Part shown: positions 40,793 to 53,640 of the stretch, in pieces
How the letters are laid out: each line of letters begins with the position of its first letter
Position numbering within the stretch: position 1 is the first letter of the stretch
Assembly: GCF_964355755.1 (NCBI RefSeq)
Contig: NC_092680.1
Location: forward strand, 6,386,001-6,450,000
Reading direction: 5' to 3'
DNA: 64,000 nucleotides
Origin: Antedon mediterranea
Taxonomy: Eukaryota; Animalia; Echinodermata
The notes under the pieces: model-generated
Told to the model about the DNA's origin: nothing
Seen by the model: the letters and a program-made list of their open reading frames with translations, nothing else
Database searches by the model: none
Position numbers and translations under genes: made by a program

Positions 40793-43034
40793 CATTGATA
40801 TTGTTTTTTTTACATTCACACTCTTGGCTGGGCTTTGTAACATAAAAAATGAGCTTATGATTCTTAATCTGACATTCTACAATAATACATTACAATTCCC
40901 GCCATGCAGGTAGAAATTTGCTACGCTATTTTAAGCACGTCTATATTTAAAAATAAATATCGTGTCAGAAATCTAGCCAGTCACTCTAACATTATTTATG
41001 ATCGTATTGCAATGCATACACAGTTAATTGGCAAAGAGATAACCACATGGTGTATATGCATAAGTCCGTTTCAATTTGATTGTACCATGGAGGAAAAAAT
41101 AAAATTTTCCTCCATGATTGTACATAATATTATTCACTTTTAACAGCTAGCTTTTCGTATCTGTTAATACTTTTACTGCAATTCCTTATTTTGTGAACAG
41201 CATCGAGCTAATTGGTTGTCGCGCATAGTATGTGTGACACGCCGAATTGTTTAACTAGAATGAACAGCCAGCTTGCACGACGATTAAATCCAAGATTATG
41301 ATTGGTCAAAAGTTTAGAAAGTCGATTTTTAAATTGCGTTCGAATCTGATTTCAAGTGTTTCCCTTTGGGAATCAAAGCATTATGAACGATTGTAATGGA
41401 AGAAAGAAAAAAAAATTACTGCACATCAAATTTAATTGGTTAAGTTTTCTTCTTTCAAGCTCGACTCTTTAGGATTATGTCAGCTACGTATTGTTATTGG
41501 AAAATATTAGTTCTAAACCACTTCGCGGCAATTTCTAACATTTTGATCAGTACTTCCATTGTCACAAGTTCATTTAACTAAAAATAATGTTCTTATGTTC
41601 ATGTATGTCGTTTTAGTATCATCTACTTTACCATTTGTCTAAATACTATTATTTGATCTAAGGATTTGAAATTTCATAATATTTCAACAATAAATTAGAT
41701 ACATATTTTATTTCTGTTTCCATATGTTAGGTCCTTGAACTTGTAAGTTTATCCTGGCGTTATGTATATATCAATATTGTATTTTCATAATTGTTATTTT
41801 TGTTTGCAGCCGTATGAGTCAGATACAGTACATTACATGCCTAGAACGTTCACTTTACCCACAAAGTAGGCCTGTTTATATTAAACTTCTACATAACTCC
41901 CCTCCCCTCGAACTTTCAAACGGATCTGTACCGCTGAACTTGTTATATTGTATACATACGGGATCATTTTTTGAACATTTCCAATCTGTGAGTTTGAAAA
42001 TATTGATCCAATCTCAGGTGAATTAACGAAACGTTGATCGGATTGATGTATCCATTTATCTGTTCGGTGTTTGCCTTCGTGGGTGGGTCGGCGTTATTAC
42101 GTTTAGTACGTTTTAGAATTATAACCGATTGGAAACCTCTTATCAATGTCCTTTGTAAGCATATCATGAAATAACTCGGTCAAATTTACAATAACAACAA
42201 AAACATGCGGCTTTGTATCTCTAAAAGTGCAGGTTATTACATTACAGAAGTACATCTACCCGTATAATGCTAACGGTACAAGACGATTAGCTATTATTAT
42301 TATTATTATTATTGGGCGGTAGGTTTGTTTGATGTTTAATTAAAAGAGAATTTCATGTACACAAACATATTGAAATGTTACCATACCATATACCATTCGT
42401 CTGTCGCCACCTAGAAAAAAAAAATGCAGTAGTAAAATGCTGAATGTAGTATAGTAACTAGTGATAAAATAGTTATATAAATACAAGGTTGGTGGTCCTT
42501 TCTATCGAAGTTATATTTGTACGCTAATACAAAAGAATGTTCACGTATTGGCCTACCAATCACGACTATATAAGTGGGAAAAACAAAGACTTTGTCGTCT
42601 GCTTCTCAACAACTAGGCACACACGATTGTGTTTAATAACTATGCATATACACCAGAGTCATTCTTTATACATACTACAGATCTTATCCAATAATTTGAT
42701 TTTTTTTCACACAGCCATTAGTTACATCTAGTGGAAAGCTTTCAGCATGAAATAAAACCGTAATGTGTCTTATTCTATTTTAGACCGCCATTATGTTACA
42801 TTAAAACTTTTAGCCAATGACCCGGATAATAAATTACGTACACGAAGTGCTCTCCGAATGGTCGAATGGGGGATTTCTGAAAAACTTGTATTATAAACTT
42901 TCAATAACAAACGTTATGTCTAGTATGAGAAATTGATGATATAGGCCTACATTACTAGAATATTTCATAAAATGAAGTAAAAAAGGCAACATAAAAGCCT
43001 GCTTGGTAGTATTACAATGTGAGGTATGCCTACA

Positions 43035-43911
43035 TTTATTATTATATTTATTATTACTGCCTTTCCGCTGAAAAGTCTGCCGACATTTCCGCTTGGGCTG
43101 CTCCGTAAATCTCTTTTACCAGTTTCTTCCAGTCTGATCTTTCATTGGCTAGTTCTTTAAGTTGTTTCATGTCTTTCTTGGTTTTCAATTGTCCGGGATA
43201 CTTAATGTCTGTATTATGCTTATAAAGGGTGAGTAGGTCGTTGCTGAGAGTTATTGGTAGGATGGTTCTCGGTCTTCCTCGAAATTTTATATTGGTAGTG
43301 TTGCTGAAATAATAGCTTATTGCTGTGTTTGCTTGTGTACATGGGTCTTGTCTAAGTATGTGACCCAATAGTCTCCATCTTGCGTCGACTATTTCTAATG
43401 AAATCGGTTTTGTTCCTGTCCTTCTGTATAAATTTATGTTCGATATCCTGTCTGGGAACCTGATACCTATGATTTTGCGAAGTTGCTGTCTGTGAAATGT
43501 GTCGAGTTTATGTGCTTCTTCTTTTGTGAGTCCCCATGTTTCAGAGTTGTAGAGTAATATACTTTTAACTAGTGAGTTGTACAGCTTGATACGTATTTTT
43601 AATTTGATTTTATCTTTTCGAAGCCACATCGAGTTTAGTTTGGTCATTGCTACACGCGCTAGTTGTTTTCTTCTAATTATGTCTTGTCTGTCCCCAAGGA
43701 GCGATCCTACTTTTTTCGTGTTTCTCCATTGTTCTTGTATGTCCTCTTTTTCTCGTCTTACGATCGTGTGTTCTGTTTTTTCTTTATTTACATTTAAGTT
43801 GAAAGTTGATAAATGGCGTTCTAATTCGTTTACATTATGCTTGCTGTTTAGACTCAAGAAATCTACATCATCAGCATATGATATCTCTTGAGGTATTTCT
43901 GTTTGGAAAAT
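43035..43911 (-). mobile_element. RTE-type LINE, heavily 5'-truncated
   Basis: ISYADDVDF, LLYNSETW, RWRLLGHILR, RGRPRT. Open frame to the stop at 43054, TAA-rich tail, 8-bp TSD TGCCTACA at 43027-43034 and 43912-43919. Confidence 0.9.
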
Positions 43912-44743
43912 TGCCTACAGTATTAGTATAATACACTATGAACGTGTAAATGGAGGACAGAATAATATTCTTTGCATTATTTTTACAAAACGTCAACAAT
44001 GCAGGTCTGGTGTCTTTAAAAGATTGAAATTTGTTATTGACTATTCAAATAGGCTGTTGATTAAATTTGCCTGTTTTCCTGTCGAAGTAACGTTATGGCG
44101 AGTTGTGTTGAATTTTCAAATCGTTGAAGTTGAAAATAAATCAAGATAACGAGGATCAAGCGGGACCGCGAATATTTACACATCTTACGCGATCGTTGCA
44201 CACGGACGAATATCAGGCCCAACCTTTTTTTTTGTATATTTTTAAAGGGTCTTTCAAGGGTCTTTCACACAAGTTCCGGCACGGTTCCGGTCGCGCGTTG
44301 TAAAAATTCAAGAATTGTCAGCGCGCACCTACCGTATTTTTTTACAATCTGCAATAACGTAATTTGTGAATCATTTGATTGGTCAGTTTTTAACGATCGA
44401 CTTGTGACGATTGCAGATTTCAACGATTTTTTACATTGATTTTTACCCAATTTTCCTGTAAAATCGTTTCATCCTGTCAAGTCAACGCAACCCAACGACA
44501 CGTACGTCAACAGGAAAACTGTTACGATCGGAATCGGTCCGCGGGTGCACAAGTTAGACGGCGCGCATACACTACAGGTCGGTTTCACGTCGCGCAATAT
44601 CATAGAGGACTGCCGCGTTGCACAGTAATTTGCTGACCGTACAATAGTAATAACTTCAGTCGTTGAAAATGGAGAAAATGATCCATTGTACGTGATGCAA
44701 AATTAACCACAAAAAAAAACAAATTACTTATACACTAATACGC

Positions 44744-45610
44744 GTGTTCTTTCGCTCATCATCGTGTTCCTTTGCCCATCATCGTGTTTCTTTGCTCATC
44801 GTCGTGTTTCTTTGCCCATCATCGTGTTTCTTTGCTCATCATCGTGTTTCTTTGCTCATCATCGTGTTCCTTTGCTCATCATCGTGTTTCTTTGCTCATC
44901 ATCGTGTTCCTTTGCTCATCATCGTGTTCCTTTGCTCATCGTCGTGTTTCTTTGCTCATCATCGTGTTCCTTCGCTCATCATCGTGTTCCTTCGCTCATC
45001 ATCGTGTTCCTTTGCTCATCATCGTGTTTCTTTGCTCATCATCGCGTTCCTTTTTGCTCATCATCGTGTTCCTTCGCTCATCATCGTGTTCCTTCGCTTA
45101 TCATCGTGTTCCTTTGCTCATCATCGTGTTCCTCCGCTCATTATCGTGTTCCTTCGCTCATCATTGTGTTTCTTTGCTCATCATCGTGTTTCCCTTTGCT
45201 CATCATCGTGTTCCTTTGCTCATCATCGTGTTCCTTTTCTCGTCATCGTGTTCCTTCGCTCATCATCGTGTTCCTTCGTTCATCGTCATGTTCCTTCACT
45301 CATCATCGTGTTCCTCCGCTCATTATCGTGTTCCTTCGCTCATCATTGTGTTTCTTTGCTCATCATCGTGTTTCCCTTTGCTCATCATCGTGTTCCTTTG
45401 CTCATCATCGTGTTCCTTTTCTCGTCATCGTGTTCCTTTGCTCATCATCGTGTTCCTTCGTTCATCGTCATGTTCCTTCACTCATCATCGTGTTCCTTCG
45501 CTCATCATCGTGTTTCTTTGCCCATCATCGTGTTCCTTCGCTCATCATCGTGTTCCTTCGCTCACCATCGTGTTCCTTTGCTCATCATCGTGTTCCTTTG
45601 CCCATCATCA
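44744..45610. repeat. 20-bp minisatellite (CTCATCATCGTGTTCCTTTG), ~43 copies
   Basis: Head-to-tail units without spacers; a 182-bp block of variant units is itself duplicated (45131 and 45313). Confidence 0.95.
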
Positions 45611-46331
45611 ATTAAAGTGCACTCTTCCAATGAAATACAGTCATTTAATTTGGACAAAAAATGTCTTGTCGTCACTGTTGAAAATGTCTCATCAGAGAAT
45701 TAATACAGTGACCTGCCTTATGAAATTAGTACCGTACATGTTTTTGTTTTTAAATCAGTTGTGTTTGTTAAACTGTGTAGTCTTAATATCAACGAAGACG
45801 TCATACAAATTTAACGGTTCACTAATTATGCAGTTTGTTGCCAAAAGGATGTCTAGAAATTCAAAAACATTTTATAGACTCTTTTGAAATGTGATTATTT
45901 CTATAGCCGCTGGTAAAACTGTTTAATGACAAAAAAGGAATCGTTTTTTGCTCAGTATGGAACAATAAAAAAACAATTTGAAAACAAATATTTGACACAA
46001 CGGACTTACACTTTGATACTTGATAATTGACCCCCCCCCCCCCCATTCCTTAGGGGAGGGTCCTTATCTTAATAAGTACTATAATATTATAATACTGCAA
46101 GCTAATTGCATTTATAATTTGTCCGATGTTTGTGATCATAACAAAGTCATGTTTAGACAGTAGGCCTATATATTACGCTTGGAAGTTACAGACGTCTTGA
46201 ATTCCATCTCATAGCTTCATCATAATATTCTGTTGAAGTAGCCGTCCTCTTACATGTCATTCGCCTTTGTCTTCTGTCGAGTAGTTCTGATGATCTCATC
46301 TCTCATCTCTTCTTTATTTATATTTATGGAT

Positions 46332-46860
46332 CAGTGACCCTAGTTATACAACTCGTCAACTAATATCCATCTATAGTTCCACTATCAATGTAGCCGGCCC
46401 TCATAACATGTACGCATTAGCTTAGCTATCACTGTCTGACAAATACTTTGGACTCTTCTCGTGTTGTTGTTGTTGTCTTAACATCGTATTTTGTCATTGT
46501 ATATCATTGTTGTCTATTAGTGTAGGGGATGTGACCAACATAATAGGTGACGCAATACATTAATATTGAAAGAAAGAAACGTCATTAGAGAAAATAATCG
46601 TATTAGTGACCCTAGTTAAACTCGTTAGATGATATTCATCTCATAGTTCCACTATCAATGTAGCCGGCCCTCCTAACATACACGCATTAGTTTAGCCATC
46701 ACTGTCTGACTTACTTCGGACTCTTCTCGTTTTGTTGTTGTCTTATACATCGTATTTTGTCATTTTATATCCTTTTCTATTAGTGTAGGGGATGTGACCA
46801 ACATAATAGGTGACGCAATACATTAATAATATTGGAAGAAAGAAACGTCGAGAAAATAAC
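46332..46860. repeat. ~270-bp tandem duplication
   Basis: Units start AGTGACCCTAGTTA at 46332 and 46605 and align through GAAAGAAACGTC...GAGAAAATAA. Confidence 0.85.
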
Positions 46861-49345
46861 GACAAAATGTTGAAGGACTTGAAGTTGTGTGTCTTGATCA
46901 TACCAATTATTCAGTAGATTGAATTATAACCTTAATGGCTTCCTTAAAAAACTCTGTTACTTACATCCGACATGTTTTGTTTTATATTATTTTTATATAC
47001 AGTACAATTTATTAATTATAGATTTCTAATATAACTATTTGTCCTAAAATTAATGAGGACAATAATGATTTATCAAATAAATTTAAATCAAATATGTAGG
47101 CCTACTTCATATATTTACGAAAACATTTGTTTATATACCGAATTAATTCTGAAATATTTTTGGTAATACTCACTCTTCCCTGGTAATTCAGCATCTCTCT
47201 GTATCACATGTGGTGCCTGCATCAATGTTAAGTTTAGGGTTATGTTATGGTATATAATAATAGGAGATAACACATGTGTTGTTATATTAACAAATATTCC
47301 TATGATATTGAAGAAATATATGCATTACAGAGTGGTGATAATGTGGTGCATGCCACCGTATAGTCGATAGCATGTGTGTTGTTTGTGTAAGTTATTTACC
47401 AACCAGATACTGTATAGGGCTAGGACCACTCCCTTAAATCAGAGGCCATCCGGACCAGGATCCCAATTCTGGACCACTGGATATATAACCATTACACAAA
47501 ACTCACATTCACAAGGTTAAAAATTAAATAAGCAAAAAGCTAAATCAAAACAATAAAGTAAAACAGCCAGAAAAATTGGCAGAGTTTTCGGGAAACACAT
47601 TCATCAGTGTAGGCCTAAGTGAGATTACTTGAACAAAGAAGACAAGCTTTATATATATAAATACTTATACAATTATTATACTGATATTTGGATACCAGCG
47701 TATGAAATTCCCCTACGATTTCGAACAAAATTTAATCACACACAAATTAAATATAGAAACCAATAACGGCAGGATGATGGATTTAAGATCGTTAACGTTT
47801 ACATTCTGACGCAAAAGGTATCAATAGACCGATAATTGTCTCGTAAAATTTATATAAATAACACAAAAGATTTGCTTTAAAGTATTTAGTATAACAAAAA
47901 ACAACTTGTGCGGTTGAGATCCCTGTTGTTAAAAATCGTACAAATGATGCAATAAAGAACGTACAACATAATGCAAGTGACACTATTGGTTTTAAAGGAA
48001 AATCGACTATTTCAAAATTATCTTTCGCTCTCTAAATTATTAATTTAATATTATTACTATTGTGTTTTATTGTTTTTATTACACCACTGTAAGTTGTTTT
48101 AACTTAATAACCCCTTCGTTAATTGAATTGAGACCACAATTCATTTAGACAAGATAATAATAGCACTAGAAACAAACAGAACAGATGAAGTAACATATTG
48201 ATCATGTGCATAGAGAATAAATTAATTGTTAAAGGACAACTTCACCAAGAACAATATTTTGATAACGCATTAGGAATGTACATATTATTTCAGGAAAATT
48301 GCGAGATTTACGATATCGCTGTGTGCGCTTGCCGTACAGTACAACCGTCGCCGTAAATTGCTGTGACGTGTGCTTGAACAAAGTTAAACATAACCTCCAA
48401 TGAAAACCGATTAAACGTTAGTCTATATCATACAGAAGAGGTCGAGTTCAATTGTTTTCATTAGATTTAGCATTTTTTTGTATTCGGTACCGGTATATTA
48501 TATTTCGCCCATTGGCATTTATTAGTATATATTATTTATAATTACAGCGTAAAACAATATTGATGCAACATCCGTCTCAAAATGTATTGATGTCAACGCT
48601 GATCAAACATGCGTTGATGAAAATTGTTAAAAAACGTTAGTATAGAACTAATGTTATTGCGTACAATAATTAGCTTGCAGTTCATAACATTTAAGATTGT
48701 GACTTATGTATGATGCTTGGCTACAACTCCAAGGGTCCTGGGTTCAAGTCCCGTCATATGTCAGGATTTTTTCTAAGGAGAAAAGTACAACTCCACTCCC
48801 ATACTTATAAAACTGTGTTTATGTAGAGCATCTTGTTAGGCCTATATTTTTTTCTTGTGAACCTCTGAGCGTCGATATTTTTATCACGCGGCATTTCAAT
48901 ACAATTTCAACTTGATATTGCACGTATCTTTGGATATCTATTATTGGATCTGCGGCAATCAATGTACGTGAGACTTACGCCGTTGTTAAAATTACCTTTA
49001 CAACACCCAACCCTTAACCCATTGGAAAAATAGGACCGCTTCATCAGAAGTTATGTTACATATCATGTTAGTGTGAAAAGTGCCCATGTTTAAACCAAAT
49101 TTTAATTCCATTAGAACAGTAGTTGCCAGTTGTTAGTTTTAGATTATTATGTGCCGATGACTGGGAGAAAATGTTACGTTGAACTCTAGACAAATGATAG
49201 TGTACTTCGTTTACTCAGTAACCCATACACCTGAACATCTCATTCACAACCTCATCCTTGTTAAGAATGCGAATGGAAGATTTACCTTTTAACTGTGACC
49301 GAAAATCATGTAACAACCTTTTATAGGTAATTCATCCTCGATCAT

Positions 49346-49560
49346 ATTGGGTGCTGCCGGCCATTTTTATCGTCACACAGAAGAAGAAGCAGCAAGCAGA
49401 TTTCTGCTCTGGGAACCCAAACACGGATCATCAGGTCCACGAAACAAAACATACGTCAAGGTCCTTCTTGAGGATCCCAGCTTAGGAAATACATCTGAAC
49501 TTGCTTGTGTCATTGAGGACCGCAAAACTTGGAAATTTAGCTATGCTGATGTCTGATTGA
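49346..49560 (+). mobile_element. Decayed RTE-like LINE 3' fragment
   Basis: Translation AGHFYRHTEEEAASRFLLWEPKHG...RNKTYVKVL...EDRKTWK resembles RTE ORF C-termini. Absent from the second copy of the surrounding duplication. Confidence 0.6.
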
Positions 49561-50949
49561 TGAAGATGGTCGATACATGATGATGTTTTGGCTAATAATT
49601 AGTGAGTCAAGAAAAAGCGCATGCGCGGAAATAATCATATTTTGACCAGGCTGTATTCTCCGACACGATTGCGTAAAATGGTCCATATCAATGCAAATCT
49701 GTGCCGCTATTGCATATGAATTTAATTTCACTAAAATTATGTTCAGACTCATGTTTAAAGTTTCATCAGTCATAATATCATAACATTTCCTGAAGTAAAA
49801 TCATGTTTGCAATACAAGTCTGTTTTTAAAACATTAAGTTTAACTACATCAGTTTCAAACAATTAAAAAAAATGTACCAAAAAGGTTAGGCCGTTACTAT
49901 ACAACATCGTCTTTATTCACCAAAAATCATCGCGATTCGTATTTAAAAAGTGTGATATGGTTGAATGATTTTAGAGCATCTTTTTTTATGGCACCTGCGC
50001 AGAATGACATCCTTAGGTGCCATAAAAAAGCTCAGAAATTGCATTTTACTCGACTGCGTGTTGAAAACAAAATATCGCCGGATATCTATTATTGGAGCCG
50101 CAATTAATATACGTGAGACTTACGCCGTTGTTAAAATTACCTTACAACACCATATACCCTTAACCCATTGGAAAAATAAGACCACTTAATCAACAGAAGT
50201 AATGTTACCTATCATGTTAGTGTGAAACGTGCGCATGTTTCAAACATATTTTAATTCCATTAGAACTGTAGTTGTCAGTAGTTAGTTTTAATTAGTATGT
50301 GACGATGACACTGGGATAAAATATTGAACTCTGGACAAATTATACTATAACATACTGCATTTATTCAGTAACTCATACACCTGAACATCTCATTCACAAC
50401 CTCATTCTTGGTAGGTATTAAAAAATTTTTTTTTTCGTTAATTTTTCCTCGATCCGCCAAAAACCAGAACTCTATAGAATAATGGTATTAGGCATACTTT
50501 TAAGTATTATTATAATAAACGGTACCGTTGCAATAAGTTTGTTTTGGCTAATTTGTGAGTCAAGAAGAAGCGCATGCGTGGAAATAATTATATTTTGACC
50601 AGGCTGTTCTCTGACACGATTGTGTAAAATGGTCCATCAATGCAAATCTGTGCCGCTATTGCATATAAACTTTCACTAACATTATGGTCAGACTCATGTT
50701 TACAGGTTCACCAATCTTATAAGAACATTTTCTAAAATCATGTTTGCATGGTTTATAAACATTAAGGCTACCATCTTTAAAAACTAATTCGCTGTATACC
50801 AGACACCTATGTCTACTGGGGTCAGATTTATCCAAATATCTTGCTTAGCAAAATTTATCTTGATTTTGCTTCAATCATTTTCCGTATTAAAAAAGTAAAA
50901 TAACCTAATCAAAAATAAATTAATAAAAACACATTTTATACTAGTTTGT

Positions 50950-51072
50950 CTTTGTCTACACTATAAAAATAGTTTGAAAAAAGTGATGTGCCCAAATATG
51001 GTAGTGATATGACATTATCATGCCTATGGACACAACATTGTTTTGTTACATCAAGTTGGATAGTGTAGACAA
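50950..51072. mobile_element. MITE, family B (reverse orientation)
   Basis: TGTCTACACTAT...GTGATGTGCCCAAATATGGTAGTGATATGAC...ATAGTGTAGACA. Confidence 0.75.
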
Positions 51073-52486
51073 ATTGATAAAATATCTTGGCGCAATCTTT
51101 ATTTATTTTTCATCAAAAACGATTCCAAGTCAAATCAAAATCCGTAGCAGCCAAAAGAGCTGCATTTTTTTAACTAAAAGGCTTTCAATTAAAACATCAG
51201 TTTCAGACAAGTGAAAAAAATCTACCAAAAAAAACATCTAGAGAAGCAGCACAATTAAAAACTGTCGAAACGAGTATTAGAGGTAGATAGAGCTTCACAA
51301 GACAAACATATACAAGATGCTCTACATAAACAAAGTCTTACAAGTCTTTGGGAGTGGAGTTGTACTTTTGTCCTTAGAAAAAATGACGGGACGGGACTTG
51401 TACCCAGGACCCTTTGAGTTGTAGCCAAGCATCATAAATAAGTCACAAACTTAAATGTTATGAACTGCTAGCTAATTATTGTACGCAATAACATTAGTTC
51501 TATACTAACGTTTTTTAACAATTTTCATCAACGCATGTTTGATCAGCGTTGACATCAATACATTTTGAGACGACTATGCATCAATACTGTTTTACGGTGT
51601 AATTATAGATAATATATACTAATAAATGCCAATGGGCGAAATATAATATACCGGTACCGAATACAAAAAAATGCTAAATCTAATAAAAACATAATTGAAC
51701 TTCTTCACTATGATCAAGACTAACGTGTAATCGGTTTTCATTTGAGGTTATGTTTAACTTCGTTTAAAAAAACTATTACTAACTTTTCGTTTGCATTAGC
51801 GATAAAAAACCTATTTAAGCATTTTTAAATCAGAGAGAGTGTGTAAGTAAGAAAAATAGTAGTATTAAAATGACTGGTATTGTATTTGAGAAGGTTAGCA
51901 TGTGGATTTCAAGACAAAGTTAATTGTAACGATTCAGTGTCACCAACAATTAATACAATATCAAGCCGTTTCAGATGTTTGTAATTGAAGTTTGTGTTGT
52001 GAAGTGAAATCACATACGATTAATACTCTTCCGTGGTTATACAAAGTGCTTTATTCATGTTACATTATACATATGATCCATATGAAATGTATATATTACC
52101 TGAAGGAAAGACTTAAGTAACTGTAAAGACATCAATGCAATTTTTTTTGTTTGAAACATGTCAAACCTAATATGAATAGACCACGTAAGTGACAAAGTTA
52201 ATGACAAAGAAATTTGCGGCCTAGTATATAAAATACTCGATACATATTTATCTGTGATATTATTCACACACCTGCCAAGTCTTTCATATAAAATGTGCTT
52301 TAGATAAAAATGATGTGATGGATATTTGTTAATAATGATTTTTTTTTCATCCGTCTGCATGTCATTTCTGTAAACTAAGAAGGAAGTAATTTAATTCTGT
52401 GTCGTTTTAGGTTTGCATATACTATCCAAATAGTATGAATATTTAAAAAAATTGCTTTTTGTAAGCTAAATCTTGATTCACACTTA

Positions 52487-52861
52487 AGCCGATTTTCCAC
52501 TAGGCGAATTTGTTCGCGCGAATCAAACGTTTCGAAGAGAAAAAAATCGCCTACTCTCTTTCCACTACATGAGCGAATAGCTGCGACGTTCATGTTCCTC
52601 GCGTGGTTGCTGAGCATTTCGATTCGCATGAGTGCTCATGAAAGCGTCATAGCTCATTTCCTGAGCTCTGATTGGTTGCGCAATATTTCGCTTCGCAAAA
52701 AGTAGAAACAATTCGAACTAGTAAATTTCGCTGAAGCGAAAAATCAAAGGAAATAGAATTCGTGGAAGAAGGCAGTATGACAGACAGAAACGCGAATACG
52801 CATGTGCATAGCATGACGCTTTCGATTCGCGCGAACAAATTCGCCTAGTGGAAAATCGGCT
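52487..52861. mobile_element. PIF/Harbinger-type MITE, young
   Basis: Perfect 38-bp TIR AGCCGATTTTCCACTAGGCGAATTTGTTCGCGCGAATC, TTA on both sides. Confidence 0.9.
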
Positions 52862-53416
52862 TTAGGACGACGCAGCGCGAAGCGACGCGCAATACGTTCG
52901 AACAGAAAATTTGCGGTGGACATTGTTGAAATACTGTAGTATTCAGTCCTTAAGTTCTAAAAGTAATATATCCGTCTACGTGTTAATGTATCACTGTGTC
53001 CCGTTAATTTATTTTAATGGTGATATATATAAAAAGAAATATTGCTACACTTAAGTAACGGGGTAAGGATCTTAATACGTTGTTATTTACATATCTGTGA
53101 CGCCAAAAAGGCAAACAAAAAGTTGCAAGAATATAATTGGGCTAGGGATAGACAAACTTAGCGCCACGTCGCATTCATCGCCGTTTAATTTGATAAGTTA
53201 ACGGAAGTAACCGAATGTGACACTTATATCACCACCATTATCACACGTGCATTATAGTTATATTTTAGTATAATATATTAATATACATACATCATTATCG
53301 CCATCATCATTATTATCATACTTTCTTTGAATCATAGCCTTTAACCTTTCAAAAATGTAATTAGTATTCTAGTTTTTATTTCTTATTACTGCTATTTTGT
53401 TATTCAGAATTATACC

Positions 53417-53640
53417 ATTGGCATAATCAAAATAACCATTTCGTATATAATTCATTCTTCAATTCTCAGCTGTTGTTTTCTTTTTGTTTTTGGTGATTTC
53501 TACTAGTAACAATGCTATATATTTTTTTTTTCTATTATAATCAAAATAACCATTTCTTATATAATTCATTCTTCGATTTTCAGCTGTTTTTTGTTGTTGT
53601 GATTTCTAGTAGTAACAATGCTATATATTTCTTTTCTATT
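53417..53640. repeat. ~115-bp tandem duplication
   Basis: ATAATCAAAATAACCATTTC...GTGATTTCTA.TAGTAACAATGCTATATATTT occurs twice. Confidence 0.75.

Larger units (their letters stand above)
48381..51760. repeat. ~450-bp inverted repeat (48381-48836 / 51312-51760) enclosing a ~1.15-kb direct duplication
   Basis: Arms are reverse complements over their whole length and contain a B-box-like GGTTCAAGTCC. Inner units start GGATATCTATTATTGGA at ~48932 and ~50080. Confidence 0.85.

Noticed and set aside
42556-42605. Candidate GPCR TM1 exon (DDKVFVFPTYIVVIG|gtaggc, minus strand)
   Set aside because: In-frame TGA just upstream, no ATG or good acceptor, and a poor match to TM1.
44744-45887. Three long ORFs (283-371 aa) and a superficially CRISPR-like periodicity
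   Set aside because: Products of a stop-free 20-bp tandem repeat; no spacers, no cas genes, eukaryotic context.
48695-48756. tRNA gene (B-box GGTTCAAGTCC)
   Set aside because: No proper cloverleaf or clear A-box; part of the inverted-repeat arm.
52055-52838. Run of three minus-strand ORFs
   Set aside because: Two lie largely in a MITE and none has recognisable motifs or consistent splice sites.
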